Shown: positions 1 to 10,667, counted from the first letter of the stretch. The stretch is 64,000 nt of DNA from Candidatus Poribacteria bacterium (GCA_963663765.2 CAXXUA010000005.1:736001-800000); one strand, 5' to 3'. Notes: generated by a model not told the origin, from the letters alone. Numbers and translations are program-made.

Positions 1-1791
1 AGTCCTATGTTTTACATCACCACTTTCACTTGCTAATGTATTTCCATCGGAGTTAAACATTATGTTCCATTTAATTGGGTAATGTCCTAAAGGTTTTTTG
101 TATCCTGCAAGTGCATGCTTCTGCTCAGCTGTTTCTAAATTCCATAAACGGACGGTACAATCCACACCTGTGCTTGCTATCGTATTTTGATCTGGACTGA
201 ATATGACGGTTTGGACCTCATCAGTATGTCCAGTGAAGGTTTGTAAGTGTTCTCCTTTGCTCGTGTCCCACAAACGAATGTTCCCGTTCTGGCTCCCACT
301 CAAAAGCATTGTTCCATCGGCATTGAACGAGAGACTTGTGACACTTGCGGAATGTCCTGTTAGGGTTTTGATTTGTTTTTTTGAAGCAGAGTCCCAAAAC
401 CGTATTGTTTTGTCGCGACTGCCACTGGCTAAAATTTTCCCATCGGGACTAAATGCCACACTTTCAACAAAATCCGTATGTCCATCAAGTTTATCCGTAA
501 GTTTTCCAGTATGTGTATCCCATAAGTAGATAAGTTTGTCTCCCTTCTGATGTTTAGTGCTGCCATGTATCTTCATATCCCCACTTGTGCTTGCAAGCGT
601 TTTTCCATCTGGACTAAACGAGACGTTTTCAACAGACATTTTATTTTTCGGATCATCACTAATCAAGTTTTGATTTATAAGATCTTTTTTATGTTTTCCA
701 GTTTTTGTGTCCCATAAGCGGATGGTCTCGTCTTCACCTGTACTTGCAAGTGTTTCACTATCCAGACTAAACGAGATTCCTCTTACAATGTAAGCATATC
801 CTTTGAGTGTTTTTTTACGTTTCAATGTTTTTATGTCCCACAAGTGGATGATATGGTGCGAACTTGCGCTTGCGAGGGTTTTCCCATCTGGACTAAACGC
901 CACGATAGCAACATGTTCCGTGTGGTGAAATATTTTCTTAAGCTTTCCACTGTGGACATCCCATAAACGGACAGTTTCATCTGTACTTCCAGATGCAAGT
1001 ATATTTCCATTCTTGCTGAAAGAGATGCTATTGACAGTTTCCGTATGTCCATTAAGTGTATTCTTGAGTGTTCCCGTTTCTATATCCCATAAACGGACAG
1101 ATAGGTCTTTACCACAACTTGCGAGCATTTTACTGTCGTTACTGAACACTACACTTATTACATCTTCTGTATGTCCTGTGAGTTCTTGTTTTACTTTTCC
1201 AGTGTTAACATCTAATAGTCGGATGATATCATCCCCACTACCACTTACGAGTGTTTGTCCATCCGGACTGATAGTCATACATGTGAGAAAATTTGGATGC
1301 TCTACGGTTGTCCTAATTTTAGACCCTGTTTCTACATCCCACAAGTGAATCTCATAGAAATCTTGAATAGCGAGTGTTAACCCATCAGGACTAAGCATGA
1401 CATGTTGGAAACGACTCAGAGCATCTTTGAATGTTCGTTTGTGTGTTCTTGTTGTAATATCCCACAGTGTACCGTATCCATAACTCCCACTTGCAAGGAT
1501 TACGCCATCTGGACTAAACGAGATGCTACTAACAGAATCTACGCCATTCGTAAGTAAAGCAATCTCTTGCAAGGTATTCGCCTCATATAGCCAGATACCG
1601 ATTGAACCTGACACTGCTAACAAGTTGCCATCTGGTGAATACTTCATATCATTGATTGTGCCTTTACCGAGACGGATTTTTGCATCATCGGGTAGATGCC
1701 ATTGTGTGTAGTCTTGGGCAGGGGTAGACGGTATGAAAAGCAGGAAAAAAATAAGCAACAACCAAAAACTTGAAAACAACGTTTTTTTCAT
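1..1791 (-). CDS. Secreted WD40-repeat beta-propeller protein (runs off window start)
   Basis: Manual translation from ATG 1791 (AAGGAG RBS upstream): MKKTLFSSFWLLLIFFLLFIPSTPAQDYTQWHLPDDAKIRLGKG, then many GH...FSPDG..LASGS.D.TIRLWD repeats. Open to position 1, so absent from the ORF track. Confidence 0.9.
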   Translation of the reverse strand, partial: MKKTLFSSFWLLLIFFLLFIPSTPAQDYTQWHLPDDAKIRLGKGTINDMKYSPDGNLLAVSGSIGIWLYEANTLQEIALLTNGVDSVSSISFSPDGVILASGSYGYGTLWDITTRTHKRTFKDALSRFQHVMLSPDGLTLAIQDFYEIHLWDVETGSKIRTTVEHPNFLTCMTISPDGQTLVSGSGDDIIRLLDVNTGKVKQELTGHTEDVISVVFSNDSKMLASCGKDLSVRLWDIETGTLKNTLNGHTETVNSISFSKNGNILASGSTDETVRLWDVHSGKLKKIFHHTEHVAIVAFSPDGKTLASASSHHIIHLWDIKTLKRKKTLKGYAYIVRGISFSLDSETLASTGEDETIRLWDTKTGKHKKDLINQNLISDDPKNKMSVENVSFSPDGKTLASTSGDMKIHGSTKHQKGDKLIYLWDTHTGKLTDKLDGHTDFVESVAFSPDGKILASGSRDKTIRFWDSASKKQIKTLTGHSASVTSLSFNADGTMLLSGSQNGNIRLWDTSKGEHLQTFTGHTDEVQTVIFSPDQNTIASTGVDCTVRLWNLETAEQKHALAGYKKPLGHYPIKWNIMFNSDGNTLASESGDVKHRT

Positions 1792-1833
1792 CTGAAACTT
1801 CTCCTTATGGCATTCTACAATATTGTATTGGTA

Positions 1834-3789
1834 TTACTTTGCGTCATCTGTCTCGTTCATTATGGATGCGATGTCCCATAGCAGTACTGTGCCATCCGCA
1901 CTTGCACTTGCGAGGGTTTGTCCGTCAGGACTGAATTTTACACTGAAGACCCAGTGCTTATGTCCTCTGAGTGTTCTCTCGTGTTCGCCTGTTGAAACAT
2001 CCCATAGGCGTATAGTTACATCCCAACTCCCACTTGCTAACGTTTTTCCATCTGGACTGAACGACAAACTATTTACAATAGAGATATGCCCATTAAGTGT
2101 TTTTAAGTGTTCACCTGTGGCAGTATTCCACAATTTAACATCATTCTGGTCACTGCTTGCGAGTATCTTCCCATCTGGGCTGAATGCCACACTTGAAATA
2201 CCAGATGTATGTCCAGTGATGGTTTTCTTATGTTCACCGGTCACTACATCCCACAATCGGACGGTTTTGTCATCCCCGCCGCTCCCACTTGCAAGCGTCT
2301 GTCCATCCGGATTAAATGTAATTATCCTAACAGCATCTGTATGTCCCTTTATAGTTTTCTTATGTCTGCCTGTTGCTGCATCCCACAACCGGATTGTTCT
2401 ATCGTTACTTGAACTTGCAAGCGATTTCCCATCTGGACTAAACGTCACGCTTCTGATAGTGGAATAAGTATCTTTCCCAGAGACATGTCCCTTTATGACT
2501 TTCTTAAGCTTACCTGTGTTGGTGTCCCATAGTCGGATGGTTTCGTCCACACTTCCACTCGCGAGGGTATACTCTTTAGGATTGAACGTTATGCAATCAA
2601 CCGATCCTTTATGACCTGTAAGTGTTTTCTTGTATAGCACTTCAACAACATCCCAAAGTTGTACCTCTTTGGAGGCACCAATTGCGAGGATTTGTCCATC
2701 AAAACTAAAGGATACACATGAGATAGGTGCTATATGTCCAGTAATTGTTTTCTTGTGTTTTCCTGTCGTAATATCCCACAGGTGTAAGATATGGTCGTTG
2801 CTCCAACTTGCAAGCGTCTTTCCATCAGTACTGAAGGCTACATGCTCCACATCAGCCGTATGTTTATTAAATGTGTACTTGAGTTTACCTGCATCAATAT
2901 CCCACACACGGACGGTATCATCTCGACTTGCACTTGCCAACAAGCGTGCATCGCTACTAAACACCATGCTGTTGATACTTTTTTTATGTCCCTTAAAAGT
3001 TCTCTTATGTGTGCCAGACGCGACATTCCATAAACGGATGGTTGTATCCCAACTTCCACTCGCAAGTGTCTGTCCATCTGGACTGAATGATAGACTTTTG
3101 ACCCTTTTATTATGTCCAGTAAGAGACATCTTAACCTGTTTTGTGATTAGATCTGATAATTGAACGTCTTTATCATCTCCAGAGGCAAGCATCATATCAA
3201 TTCCATCGATCCATAACGTATTTTCCTGAGCTGTATATCCTCGTATTGTTTTTTTGTGTGTGCCAGTGGTAACATCCCACAAATTAGTACCATGTATACT
3301 CATGCTTGCAAGTATTTTCCCATCACGACTAAATAACACCTTAGAAATACTTGCTTTATGTCCTACAAAAGACTGTTTACGTTTACCCGTAGCAACATTC
3401 CATAAGTAGACGATTTTGTCTGCTCCTGCTCCAGCAAGCGTTTGCCCATCGGGACTGAATGAAATACTTGAGATACCGTAGTTATCCCCTTTTAGCAGCA
3501 TGTGTGTTTCATAGGTGGAAGTATTATAGAGCCAAATACCGGTAGTGGTAGCAACGGCTAAAACGGAACCATCATCAGAAAAAGCCATATCCATTACACT
3601 ACCTTTCCCGATACGAACTTTTGCCCCTGCAGGTAGATTCCATTGCGAGGTTTCACGAAGGATTGTCTCATGTTGTGAAGTTTCATGAAGGATCGTTTTA
3701 GGTTGAAATTGTGTTAAAACAATACCCAGAATTAGAATAGTAAAAACTGCTCCCAGAATTAAATAAATTGAACGCTTCTTCATTTTCAT
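1834..3789 (-). CDS. Secreted/membrane-anchored WD40-repeat protein
   Basis: About 14 WD40 repeats. Likely start MKMKKRSIY at 3789 after AAGGAG. N-terminal hydrophobic segment and WNLPAGAKVRIGKG motif. Confidence 0.92.
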   Translation of the reverse strand: MKMKKRSIYLILGAVFTILILGIVLTQFQPKTILHETSQHETILRETSQWNLPAGAKVRIGKGSVMDMAFSDDGSVLAVATTTGIWLYNTSTYETHMLLKGDNYGISSISFSPDGQTLAGAGADKIVYLWNVATGKRKQSFVGHKASISKVLFSRDGKILASMSIHGTNLWDVTTGTHKKTIRGYTAQENTLWIDGIDMMLASGDDKDVQLSDLITKQVKMSLTGHNKRVKSLSFSPDGQTLASGSWDTTIRLWNVASGTHKRTFKGHKKSINSMVFSSDARLLASASRDDTVRVWDIDAGKLKYTFNKHTADVEHVAFSTDGKTLASWSNDHILHLWDITTGKHKKTITGHIAPISCVSFSFDGQILAIGASKEVQLWDVVEVLYKKTLTGHKGSVDCITFNPKEYTLASGSVDETIRLWDTNTGKLKKVIKGHVSGKDTYSTIRSVTFSPDGKSLASSSNDRTIRLWDAATGRHKKTIKGHTDAVRIITFNPDGQTLASGSGGDDKTVRLWDVVTGEHKKTITGHTSGISSVAFSPDGKILASSDQNDVKLWNTATGEHLKTLNGHISIVNSLSFSPDGKTLASGSWDVTIRLWDVSTGEHERTLRGHKHWVFSVKFSPDGQTLASASADGTVLLWDIASIMNETDDAK

Positions 3790-3897
3790 CAAACAATCTC
3801 CTTGTGGCACTTGATATATAGTCGATTTTAGAATATCCTGAACACACGGACTGCGTGTGTTATAGCACAACCTGTATGAATATTAATAAGTACTTTG

Positions 3898-4073
3898 GGT
3901 AATTCTCCTAATCCAACCCTGGTAGGCGGGGAATACCTAAATGGCATTCATACCGTTGATTTCTTGATTTCTTGATTTCTTGATTTGGTGCTTGTAAGTG
4001 CGCTGTTGAGTTTTGACATACCGGCGCGCTTACAAAGCACGCCTACAGGGTTTGGTGAAAATTAGAATTACCG
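3898..4073. repeat. MITE-like element (GGTAATTCT..AGAATTACC ends) carrying a REP-A doublet and a 60-bp micro-element
   Basis: Short terminal IRs. Internal GTAGGC..GTGCTTGTAAG and inverted TTACAAAGCACGCCTAC; micro-element at 3928-3987. Confidence 0.6.
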
Positions 4074-4152
4074 AATTAGTAAATTAATCTTCATTTAGGT
4101 TGTGCAGAAATGGACAAATTTCTATATCTACAATGTACGTAAATTGAAAATG

Positions 4153-6537
4153 CTATTTCTTGTAATGCCTGTACTTTTCTGAGAAATCAAAAGTGTTAAT
4201 TATAGAAGGCATATCCCACACAAGCACAGTTCCGTCTTTACTCCCACTCACGAGAGTTTTTCCATCAGCACTGAAAGATAGGGTAGAAACATTTTTAGCA
4301 TGTCCGCTCAGTACTTTTTTACGTTCTCCAGTTACTAAATCCCACAACTGGACATTTTCCTGTCCAATACTGGCAAGCTCACTTGCTGCCTTACTTGCCA
4401 GTACCAAACCATTAGGATAGAAAAATACACGCCAATTGGTTTTCTTATATCCAGCGATTGCCTGCTTTTGCTGTCCTGTTTCAACATCCCACAGACGAAT
4501 TGAACCGTCCATACTTGTGCTTGCGAGAGTGAGTCCATCTGGACTGAAAGTTATGCTGGAGATAGCACCTGCATGTCCGTTGAATGTTCCTTTTCGTTTT
4601 GCTGTGACAACATCCCACAAGTAGATGGAACCATCCTGATTACCACTTGCAAGTGTGGCACTATCCGAACTGAAAGCAGTAATAGAGACATTAGAAGAAT
4701 TTCCAACGATAGACTTAACTGGGTTTGAAATAGTTTGCTTGTGTTTACCGGTGACAACATCCCATAAGCGTAAAGTTCTGTCTTGGCTCCCACTTACAAG
4801 TGTTTTTCCATCTGGACTAAACGCGACACAGTTAATCTTATTCGTATGGCCTTTGAGTATGCCTTTAAGCTTTCCTGTTGTGGTATTCCATAAATGGATG
4901 TTATGCTCATTACTCACATTTGTAAATGTGCGACCTGGTTTGTTCACGTTGGTCGTTTTGGTCCTTTCTTGATCAATACTCACATTTGCAAGTGTGCGAC
5001 CATCAGGACTGAAGGAAACACCAGAGATAGTTATCGGATTATAGACTGAAGCTTTTGCTTTCTGTTGTGTCATAAGGGTGTGTTTGTATTTACCTGTATT
5101 TGCATCCCACAGTTGTATGATACCTTCTGCATTCGCTGCCACGAGGGTATCACTGTCTGGACTAAATAAAATGTTACTTCCCCGTAGGTAAATAACCTTC
5201 TGAGCTTCTGTTACAAGAGATTGGTACTGTCCCGTGCTTGTATCGCATAGGAAAATTGTGTTGTTACGGTTAATGCTTGCAACTTTACTACCATCAGGAC
5301 TCAGCGAGATACTTGTGTGATCGGGTATTAAACCTGCGTAATCTCTATAATAATATCCTATAATACTTTTCTCGTGTTTGAGGTTAGTGAGATCCCACAA
5401 GTGAATGGTATGATCCATACCCGCAGTAGCGAGTGTCTTCCCATCAGTACTTAGGCAGATGTTTCTGAGATAATAGGTGTGGTCCGCGAATTGTTTGTGT
5501 TTACCTGTAGCAATATCCCATAGGCGAAGTGTGCCGCCTTGAGTAAAACCTATAACAGACCGTTTATCCGGACTGAACAGCAAGGTTTTTATCTTTTTTT
5601 CATAGTCGGTTTGCGTTACATCTGTATCTTGGCTGGAGAAAGTTTGCTTGAGCGAACCTGTCGTTGTATCCCACAAGCGAATCGTATTGTTGAGTTCCAC
5701 AGTTGCAAGTGTGCTACCATCCGGACTGAAAAAAAGTTCTTCAATTATTTCTGTCGGTTCAAGTGGTTCAGTTATCAAACCTTGATCGGCAAATGTCCTT
5801 TTACGTTCTCCTGTGGATATATCCCATAAATAGACTGTCTTGTCATCGCTGACACTTGTAAACGTGCTACCATCCGGACTGAATGAAAGTTTGGTGACAG
5901 ATGCTGTATGTCTTGTGAGTGTTTTCTTGTGTTCCCCAGTGTCAACATCCCAAAGGCAGATTGTGTGATCCTTACTGCCACTTGCAAGTGTTTGACCATC
6001 TGGACTAAACGACAAACTACGTAAATATTCCTTATGTTTTTTGAGGATGTGTTTGGACTCACCTGAACCCACATCCCATAGTTGAATATCTTTGTAATCT
6101 ATACATGCAAATGTCTGTCCATCTGGACTGAACAAAATGAAATCGCTACTAAAAAGACTATTTGTTGGGATTTTCTTAAATGTTCCCGCGTTTACATCCC
6201 ACAGTTTAATTCCTCCTCTACCCCTAGTACTTGCAAGCGTATTTCCATCCGGACTGAAAGAGAAGATCCTATTAGCGTAATATGGGTAATTACTATCACT
6301 AAATAGAGCGAGTTCTTTGAAAGTATTGGTATCATATATCCAAATACCGAAAGATGTAGCAACAGCGAGTCGAGTATCATCTGGCGAATACTTCATATTC
6401 TCTATTAAACCTTTTCCAAGTCGTAACTTAGCACCATCGGGCAAACTCCAACGCGTGTGATCTTGTGCAGAGATATTCCAGGCAAATGAAAAAGTTGTAA
6501 TAAGGATGGTTGAAAACAAAAATATTCTGTTTTTCAT
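4153..6537 (-). CDS. Secreted WD40-repeat protein
   Basis: Signal peptide ending ISA-QD, QDHTRWSLPDGAKLRLGKG motif, many WD40 repeats. Confidence 0.92.
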   Translation of the reverse strand: MKNRIFLFSTILITTFSFAWNISAQDHTRWSLPDGAKLRLGKGLIENMKYSPDDTRLAVATSFGIWIYDTNTFKELALFSDSNYPYYANRIFSFSPDGNTLASTRGRGGIKLWDVNAGTFKKIPTNSLFSSDFILFSPDGQTFACIDYKDIQLWDVGSGESKHILKKHKEYLRSLSFSPDGQTLASGSKDHTICLWDVDTGEHKKTLTRHTASVTKLSFSPDGSTFTSVSDDKTVYLWDISTGERKRTFADQGLITEPLEPTEIIEELFFSPDGSTLATVELNNTIRLWDTTTGSLKQTFSSQDTDVTQTDYEKKIKTLLFSPDKRSVIGFTQGGTLRLWDIATGKHKQFADHTYYLRNICLSTDGKTLATAGMDHTIHLWDLTNLKHEKSIIGYYYRDYAGLIPDHTSISLSPDGSKVASINRNNTIFLCDTSTGQYQSLVTEAQKVIYLRGSNILFSPDSDTLVAANAEGIIQLWDANTGKYKHTLMTQQKAKASVYNPITISGVSFSPDGRTLANVSIDQERTKTTNVNKPGRTFTNVSNEHNIHLWNTTTGKLKGILKGHTNKINCVAFSPDGKTLVSGSQDRTLRLWDVVTGKHKQTISNPVKSIVGNSSNVSITAFSSDSATLASGNQDGSIYLWDVVTAKRKGTFNGHAGAISSITFSPDGLTLASTSMDGSIRLWDVETGQQKQAIAGYKKTNWRVFFYPNGLVLASKAASELASIGQENVQLWDLVTGERKKVLSGHAKNVSTLSFSADGKTLVSGSKDGTVLVWDMPSIINTFDFSEKYRHYKK

Positions 6538-6801
6538 AGGAAGGGACTCCAGTTATACTAATTGGGATGTTATAACATTGTAGACACAATCTGTTGAGGA
6601 TGTAGTTAGTATATCATATAACAGTTTAATCTCAAGTTATTTTGTTCAATGAGGGTGTGGAATGTCTTTGGTATTTGTCTTTTCAGAATCGCGGATTACG
6701 CGGATTGCGCGGAATATTGAGTCTTCACTTACAAATCCCGTTTCAAACATTGTATGCAAACTCTTTAGGACTTACGCAGTAATGCTTGATTTTCCCATAC
6801 C

Positions 6802-7706
6802 CATAGGTGTCAACTTAGCGATTCATATTATTGTAGGAGGGAAACCTTGAAATCCCGATTTTCTCACTCAAGGTAGGCGTGCTTTGTAAGCACGCCACCC
6901 AACTGCCACCCACCTGCAGGCGTGCTTTGTAAGCGCGCCACTCAACTGCCACCCAACTGCACCCCAATTGCAGCCGTGCTTTGTAAGCGCGCCACCCAAG
7001 CGCGCCACCCAACTGCAGCCGTGCTTTGTAAGCGCGCCACCACCTGCCACCCAACTGCAGGCGTGCTTTGTAAGCGCGCCACCCAACTGCAGCCGTGCTT
7101 TGTAAGCGCGCCACCTAACTGCAGCCGTGCTTTGTAAGCGCGCCACCCAATTGCAGCCGTGCTTTGTAAGCACGCCACCTAACTGCAGCCGTGCTTTGTA
7201 AGCACGCCACCTAACTGCAGCCGTGCTTTGTAAGCACGCCACCCAACTGCACCCCAATTGCAGCCGTGCTTTGTAAGCGCGCCACCACCTGCCACCCAAC
7301 TGCAGCCGTGCTTTGTAAGCGCGCCACCCAACTGCAGCCGTGCTTTGTAAGCACGCCACCCAAGCGCGCCACCCAACTGCAGCCGTGCTTTGTAAGCGCG
7401 CCACCACCTGCCACCCAACTGCAGCCGTGCTTTGTAAGCGCGCCACCCGACTGCAGGCGTGCTTTGTAAGCGCGCCACCAATGATAGCAGTGCTTTGTAA
7501 GCGCGCCACCCAACTGCACCCCAATTGCAGCCGTGCTTTGTAAGCGCGCCACCAATGGTAGCAGTGCTTTGTAAGCGCGCCACCAATGGTAGCAGTGCTT
7601 TGTAAGCGCGCCACCCAACTGCACCCCAATTGCAGCCGTGCTTTGTAAGCGCGCCTACCGAGATGGGGTATTTAGCAGTTGACTTTTTCTTAAGTTGACA
7701 CCTATG
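6802..7706. mobile_element. MITE shell (TIR CATAGGTGTCAACTTA) containing an expanded REP-A array
   Basis: CATAGGTGTCAACTTA at 6802 and TAAGTTGACACCTATG ending 7706; 20-bp flanking repeats 15/20 identical. Confidence 0.7.
6872..7659. repeat. Tandem array of 21 REP-A palindromes (GGCGTGCTTTGTAAGCGCGCC core, ~32-bp basic unit)
   Basis: 21 copies of GTGCTTTGTAAGC counted. Array starts GGTAGGCGTGC and ends GCGCGCCTACC; linkers are re-used, not unique. Confidence 0.9.
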
Positions 7707-7726
7707 GGTTTTAATTTTCCCATACC

Positions 7727-7869
7727 CATAGGTGTCAACTTAAGGATTTTACCTCTTGTGGGAGGGGTTTTCAACCCCGATTTTTTAGTGCATTTCCGCT
7801 CAAATCGGGGTTGAAAACCCCTCCCACAAGAGAATATGCCAACACTTTTTTCTTAAGTTGACACCTATA
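7727..7869. mobile_element. MITE (TIR CATAGGTGTCAACTTAAG) carrying a REP-C doublet
   Basis: Inverted GTGGGAGGGGTTTTCAACCCCGA pair inside; perfect 20-bp direct repeat GGTTTTAATTTTCCCATACC at 7707-7726 and 7870-7889. Confidence 0.8.
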
Positions 7870-8082
7870 GGTTTTAATTTTCCCATACCCCAAACAGAGG
7901 TATTTGATACCTTCATATATTAAAGACACAGTATTAGATTGAAAAGGGTGCATAATAAGAAAATTTTTACTAAATTTACGACTTGTGTCAGTTAATTATA
8001 TTTATGTAATATTCTATTTTACTTGGTTTATCAATTTGCTGATTTCTCTTTACTTTAATCCATCCTTATGCTTTTCTTTATT

Positions 8083-9145
8083 AGACATTATAATGATTTA
8101 GTTGCAAAGTTTAGTTAACCTCTGTTATATTAATTACAATCTTATAAATGGAGAATTACAATCTTATAAATGGAGGTTATCACATGATCATTTTTGAAAA
8201 TATCAAAGACAAAGCTAATACGCTTCTATCCCTCACTGGATATACTTTAGAGGAGTTTACAGCACTATTGCCTCATTTCTCTAAGAGTTTTTTAGAGTAT
8301 ATGGAAACACATACACTTGATGGAAAACCGCGTAAAAATCGGAAATATAAACCCTACAAGAATAGTTGTTTTGCTTCCCTTGAAGATATGTTGCTATTTA
8401 TATTAATTTACCTTCATGAAGCTCCGAAGCAAGTTCTATTCGGCACGCTCTTTGGTATGTCTCAACCTCTTACCAATAAATGGATCCACTTGCTTTTGCC
8501 GATATTGAACACCGCATTAGCAGAACTTGGAGAGGTGCCATCTCGGGATACAGACCCCGCATCTCTGCGTGGTGCTTGTGAGGTATCAACTCAAAGTCAA
8601 GAAGGAGAACTTTTTTTCATGATGGTGTAGAGCGACCCATACTGCGTCCAAAAGACCCGCAAACTCAAAAGGCGTATTATAGCGGTAAAAAGAAATGCCA
8701 TACAGTAAAAAACAATCTGATAATCAATGAACACTGCAAAGTCGTTTTATTGACACCCTCTTTTGAAGGAAGACACCATGACAAACGGATAGCTGATATC
8801 GTAGGTTATTGTGTGCCACCGGGAAGCACATTGTATCAAGATACCGGTTTTCAAGGGTTCGACCTTCCTGATGTAAACATTGTTCAACCGAAGAAAAAAC
8901 CAAAAGGTAGAGAACTTACGGATGAAGAAAAAGAAAACAATCGGAAGATAGCATCCATACGCATACGTATTGAACATGTGATTAGTGGTATCAAAAGATA
9001 CCGCATCGTCAAAGATAAACTCAGAAATTGGAAGAAAGGGTTTAGTGATTCCGTAATGGAAACCTGTTGTGCCTTACACAATTTTCGACTAAATTTCAGA
9101 CCATGGCGATATGAAACTCCTGCGATTTAATTCATTATAATGTCT
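8083..9145 (+). mobile_element. IS5-like (ISL2-type, DDE_Tnp_4) insertion sequence, copy 1
   Basis: TIR AGACATTATAATGA / TCATTATAATGTCT with ATT on both flanks. Near-identical to 35054-36094 apart from a 22-bp duplication upstream of the ATG. Confidence 0.88.
8184..9130 (+). CDS. Transposase, two ORFs joined by -1 frameshift (HTH + DDE)
   Basis: ORF1 ends ELFFMMV*; the -1 frame reads FHDGVERPILRP..YSGKKKCHTVK..DTGFQG..RIRIEH; T7 run at 8611-8617. Confidence 0.85.
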
Positions 9146-9210
9146 ATTACAAATCCCATAAAAAAGGAAGCAAAGTTTATACCAATTCAAATAAATCTTG
9201 TCTCATTAAG

Positions 9211-10667
9211 CAATACCTTCGCCAAAAATTAGTTGAATAAAATGGGCTTTTGTCCTATAGTGTTTACACTGTAATAACAAAACAAAAGGACAAATTCCCA
9301 TGTTAGAAATTATAGCACTTTTCTCAATTCTTAATCCATGTATTTCAAAAACAACGATCCATCAGTTATGTCAAGTTGTATTCGCACTGCTTGCGATGAC
9401 AGGACGGGTCACCATGTTAAATATCTCTCGTTGGACATTAAAAGGAGGTAGTTACCGCACTATACAACGCTTTTTCAACACAGTTCTTCCTTGGACGACA
9501 ATGTGTTGGACTTTTTTTCGCACACACTTGCTTGATCATGAGAGTGTTTATATCTTAGCAGGCGATGAAGTTGTCAGAAGCAAAGATGGAAAATGCACCT
9601 ATGGTTTATCACGCTTTTTTTCCTCATTGCATGGGAAAAGCATACCCGGTTTATCGTTCTTAGCCGTGTCCTTAGTCAGTGTATCTCAGCGACGTTCCTA
9701 CCCCATGGCTATTGAGCAAATCGTTCGGTGTGAAAAAACTTCAAAGCCTGCTGCCGCTCCGACTAAACAGTCAGACATCACCAACAAGACAGCAAAATCT
9801 AAAGGTGGACGTCCAAAAGGGAGCCGAAACAAAAATAAAAGAGATGTCGTTCTCAGTGATACTTTGAAACAACTTCAAACGCTGCTCAAAAAAGTGCTAC
9901 AACTAATAAATAACTTGATACCCATCCGTTATTTTGTCCTGGATGGCTATTTTGGAAATAATAACGCTCTACAAATGGTAAATCAATGTGGTCTCCATCT
10001 TATTTCAAAACTACGCACCGATGCTGCGTTGCATTTTCCACCGACAACACCTTACAAGGGACGCGGACGGCGTGCGATCTATGGAGAACGTGTCAATCCA
10101 CATAAGATTGATGAAAAATACTCTATTTTTACACAGACAGCGGACAATCTGAGAACTGATGTGTATCAAATGGAACTACACCACAAAAAGTTCCCCGACC
10201 CATTGAATGTCGTTTGTATCAAAAAAACAAACCTAACCACTAAACAGCAAGCTTACGTCTTATTATTCAGTTGTGATTTAGAACTTGACGCAGAAAAAAT
10301 GATAGATTATTATTCGCTTCGTTTTCAAATTGAGTTCAACTTTCGTGATGCAAAACAGTATTGGGGTATGCAAGGTTTCATGAATGTAAACAAAACCCCA
10401 GTGAACAATGCAGCGAATATGTCAATGTTTATGATAAATGTAAGTGCAAAACTCTCGGAAAAATACAGATGTCAAAATCCCGTATATAGTGTATTAGATC
10501 TTAAATCGCACTACCGAGGTCTGAAATATATACACGAAATATTAAAAATACTTCCGCAAAAACCTGAACCTATTGTTATTCAGCAAATCACTGAACGCCT
10601 GAGTTCAATCGGTGCTATTCACAACACTCAAGCAAATCTTAATCCTGGATAATTGGCGAAGGTATTG
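9211..10667 (+). mobile_element. IS4/IS701-like DDE insertion sequence inserted in a MITE
   Basis: 15-bp TIR CAATACCTTCGCCAA / TTGGCGAAGGTATTG; 6-bp TSD ATTAAG (9205-9210, 10668-10673). Removing it restores the MITE sequence seen at 10912. Confidence 0.88.
9300..10652 (+). CDS. DDE transposase (IS4 superfamily)
   Basis: AGDE, VLDGYFG and YSLRFQIEFNFRDAK (YREK-type) motifs. Confidence 0.88.
   Translation: MLEIIALFSILNPCISKTTIHQLCQVVFALLAMTGRVTMLNISRWTLKGGSYRTIQRFFNTVLPWTTMCWTFFRTHLLDHESVYILAGDEVVRSKDGKCTYGLSRFFSSLHGKSIPGLSFLAVSLVSVSQRRSYPMAIEQIVRCEKTSKPAAAPTKQSDITNKTAKSKGGRPKGSRNKNKRDVVLSDTLKQLQTLLKKVLQLINNLIPIRYFVLDGYFGNNNALQMVNQCGLHLISKLRTDAALHFPPTTPYKGRGRRAIYGERVNPHKIDEKYSIFTQTADNLRTDVYQMELHHKKFPDPLNVVCIKKTNLTTKQQAYVLLFSCDLELDAEKMIDYYSLRFQIEFNFRDAKQYWGMQGFMNVNKTPVNNAANMSMFMINVSAKLSEKYRCQNPVYSVLDLKSHYRGLKYIHEILKILPQKPEPIVIQQITERLSSIGAIHNTQANLNPG

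Noticed and set aside
203-6306. Many + strand ORFs opposite the WD40 genes
   Set aside because: Antisense shadows of repetitive coding sequence with no RBS or recognisable domains.
1-6537. Diversity-generating retroelement acting on WD40 repeats
   Set aside because: No reverse transcriptase and no template/variable repeat pair with adenine-specific mismatches seen.
6815-7629. Repeat-rich ORFs (WRAYKARLQL..) here and at 33721-34189 and 56780-58478
   Set aside because: Translations of DNA repeats, open in several frames at once.
6872-7659. CRISPR-like appearance of the REP arrays (also 14367-15096, 33822-34192, 56716-58477)
   Set aside because: Linkers are short and re-used instead of unique spacers, repeats are degenerate REP hairpins, and no cas genes are present.
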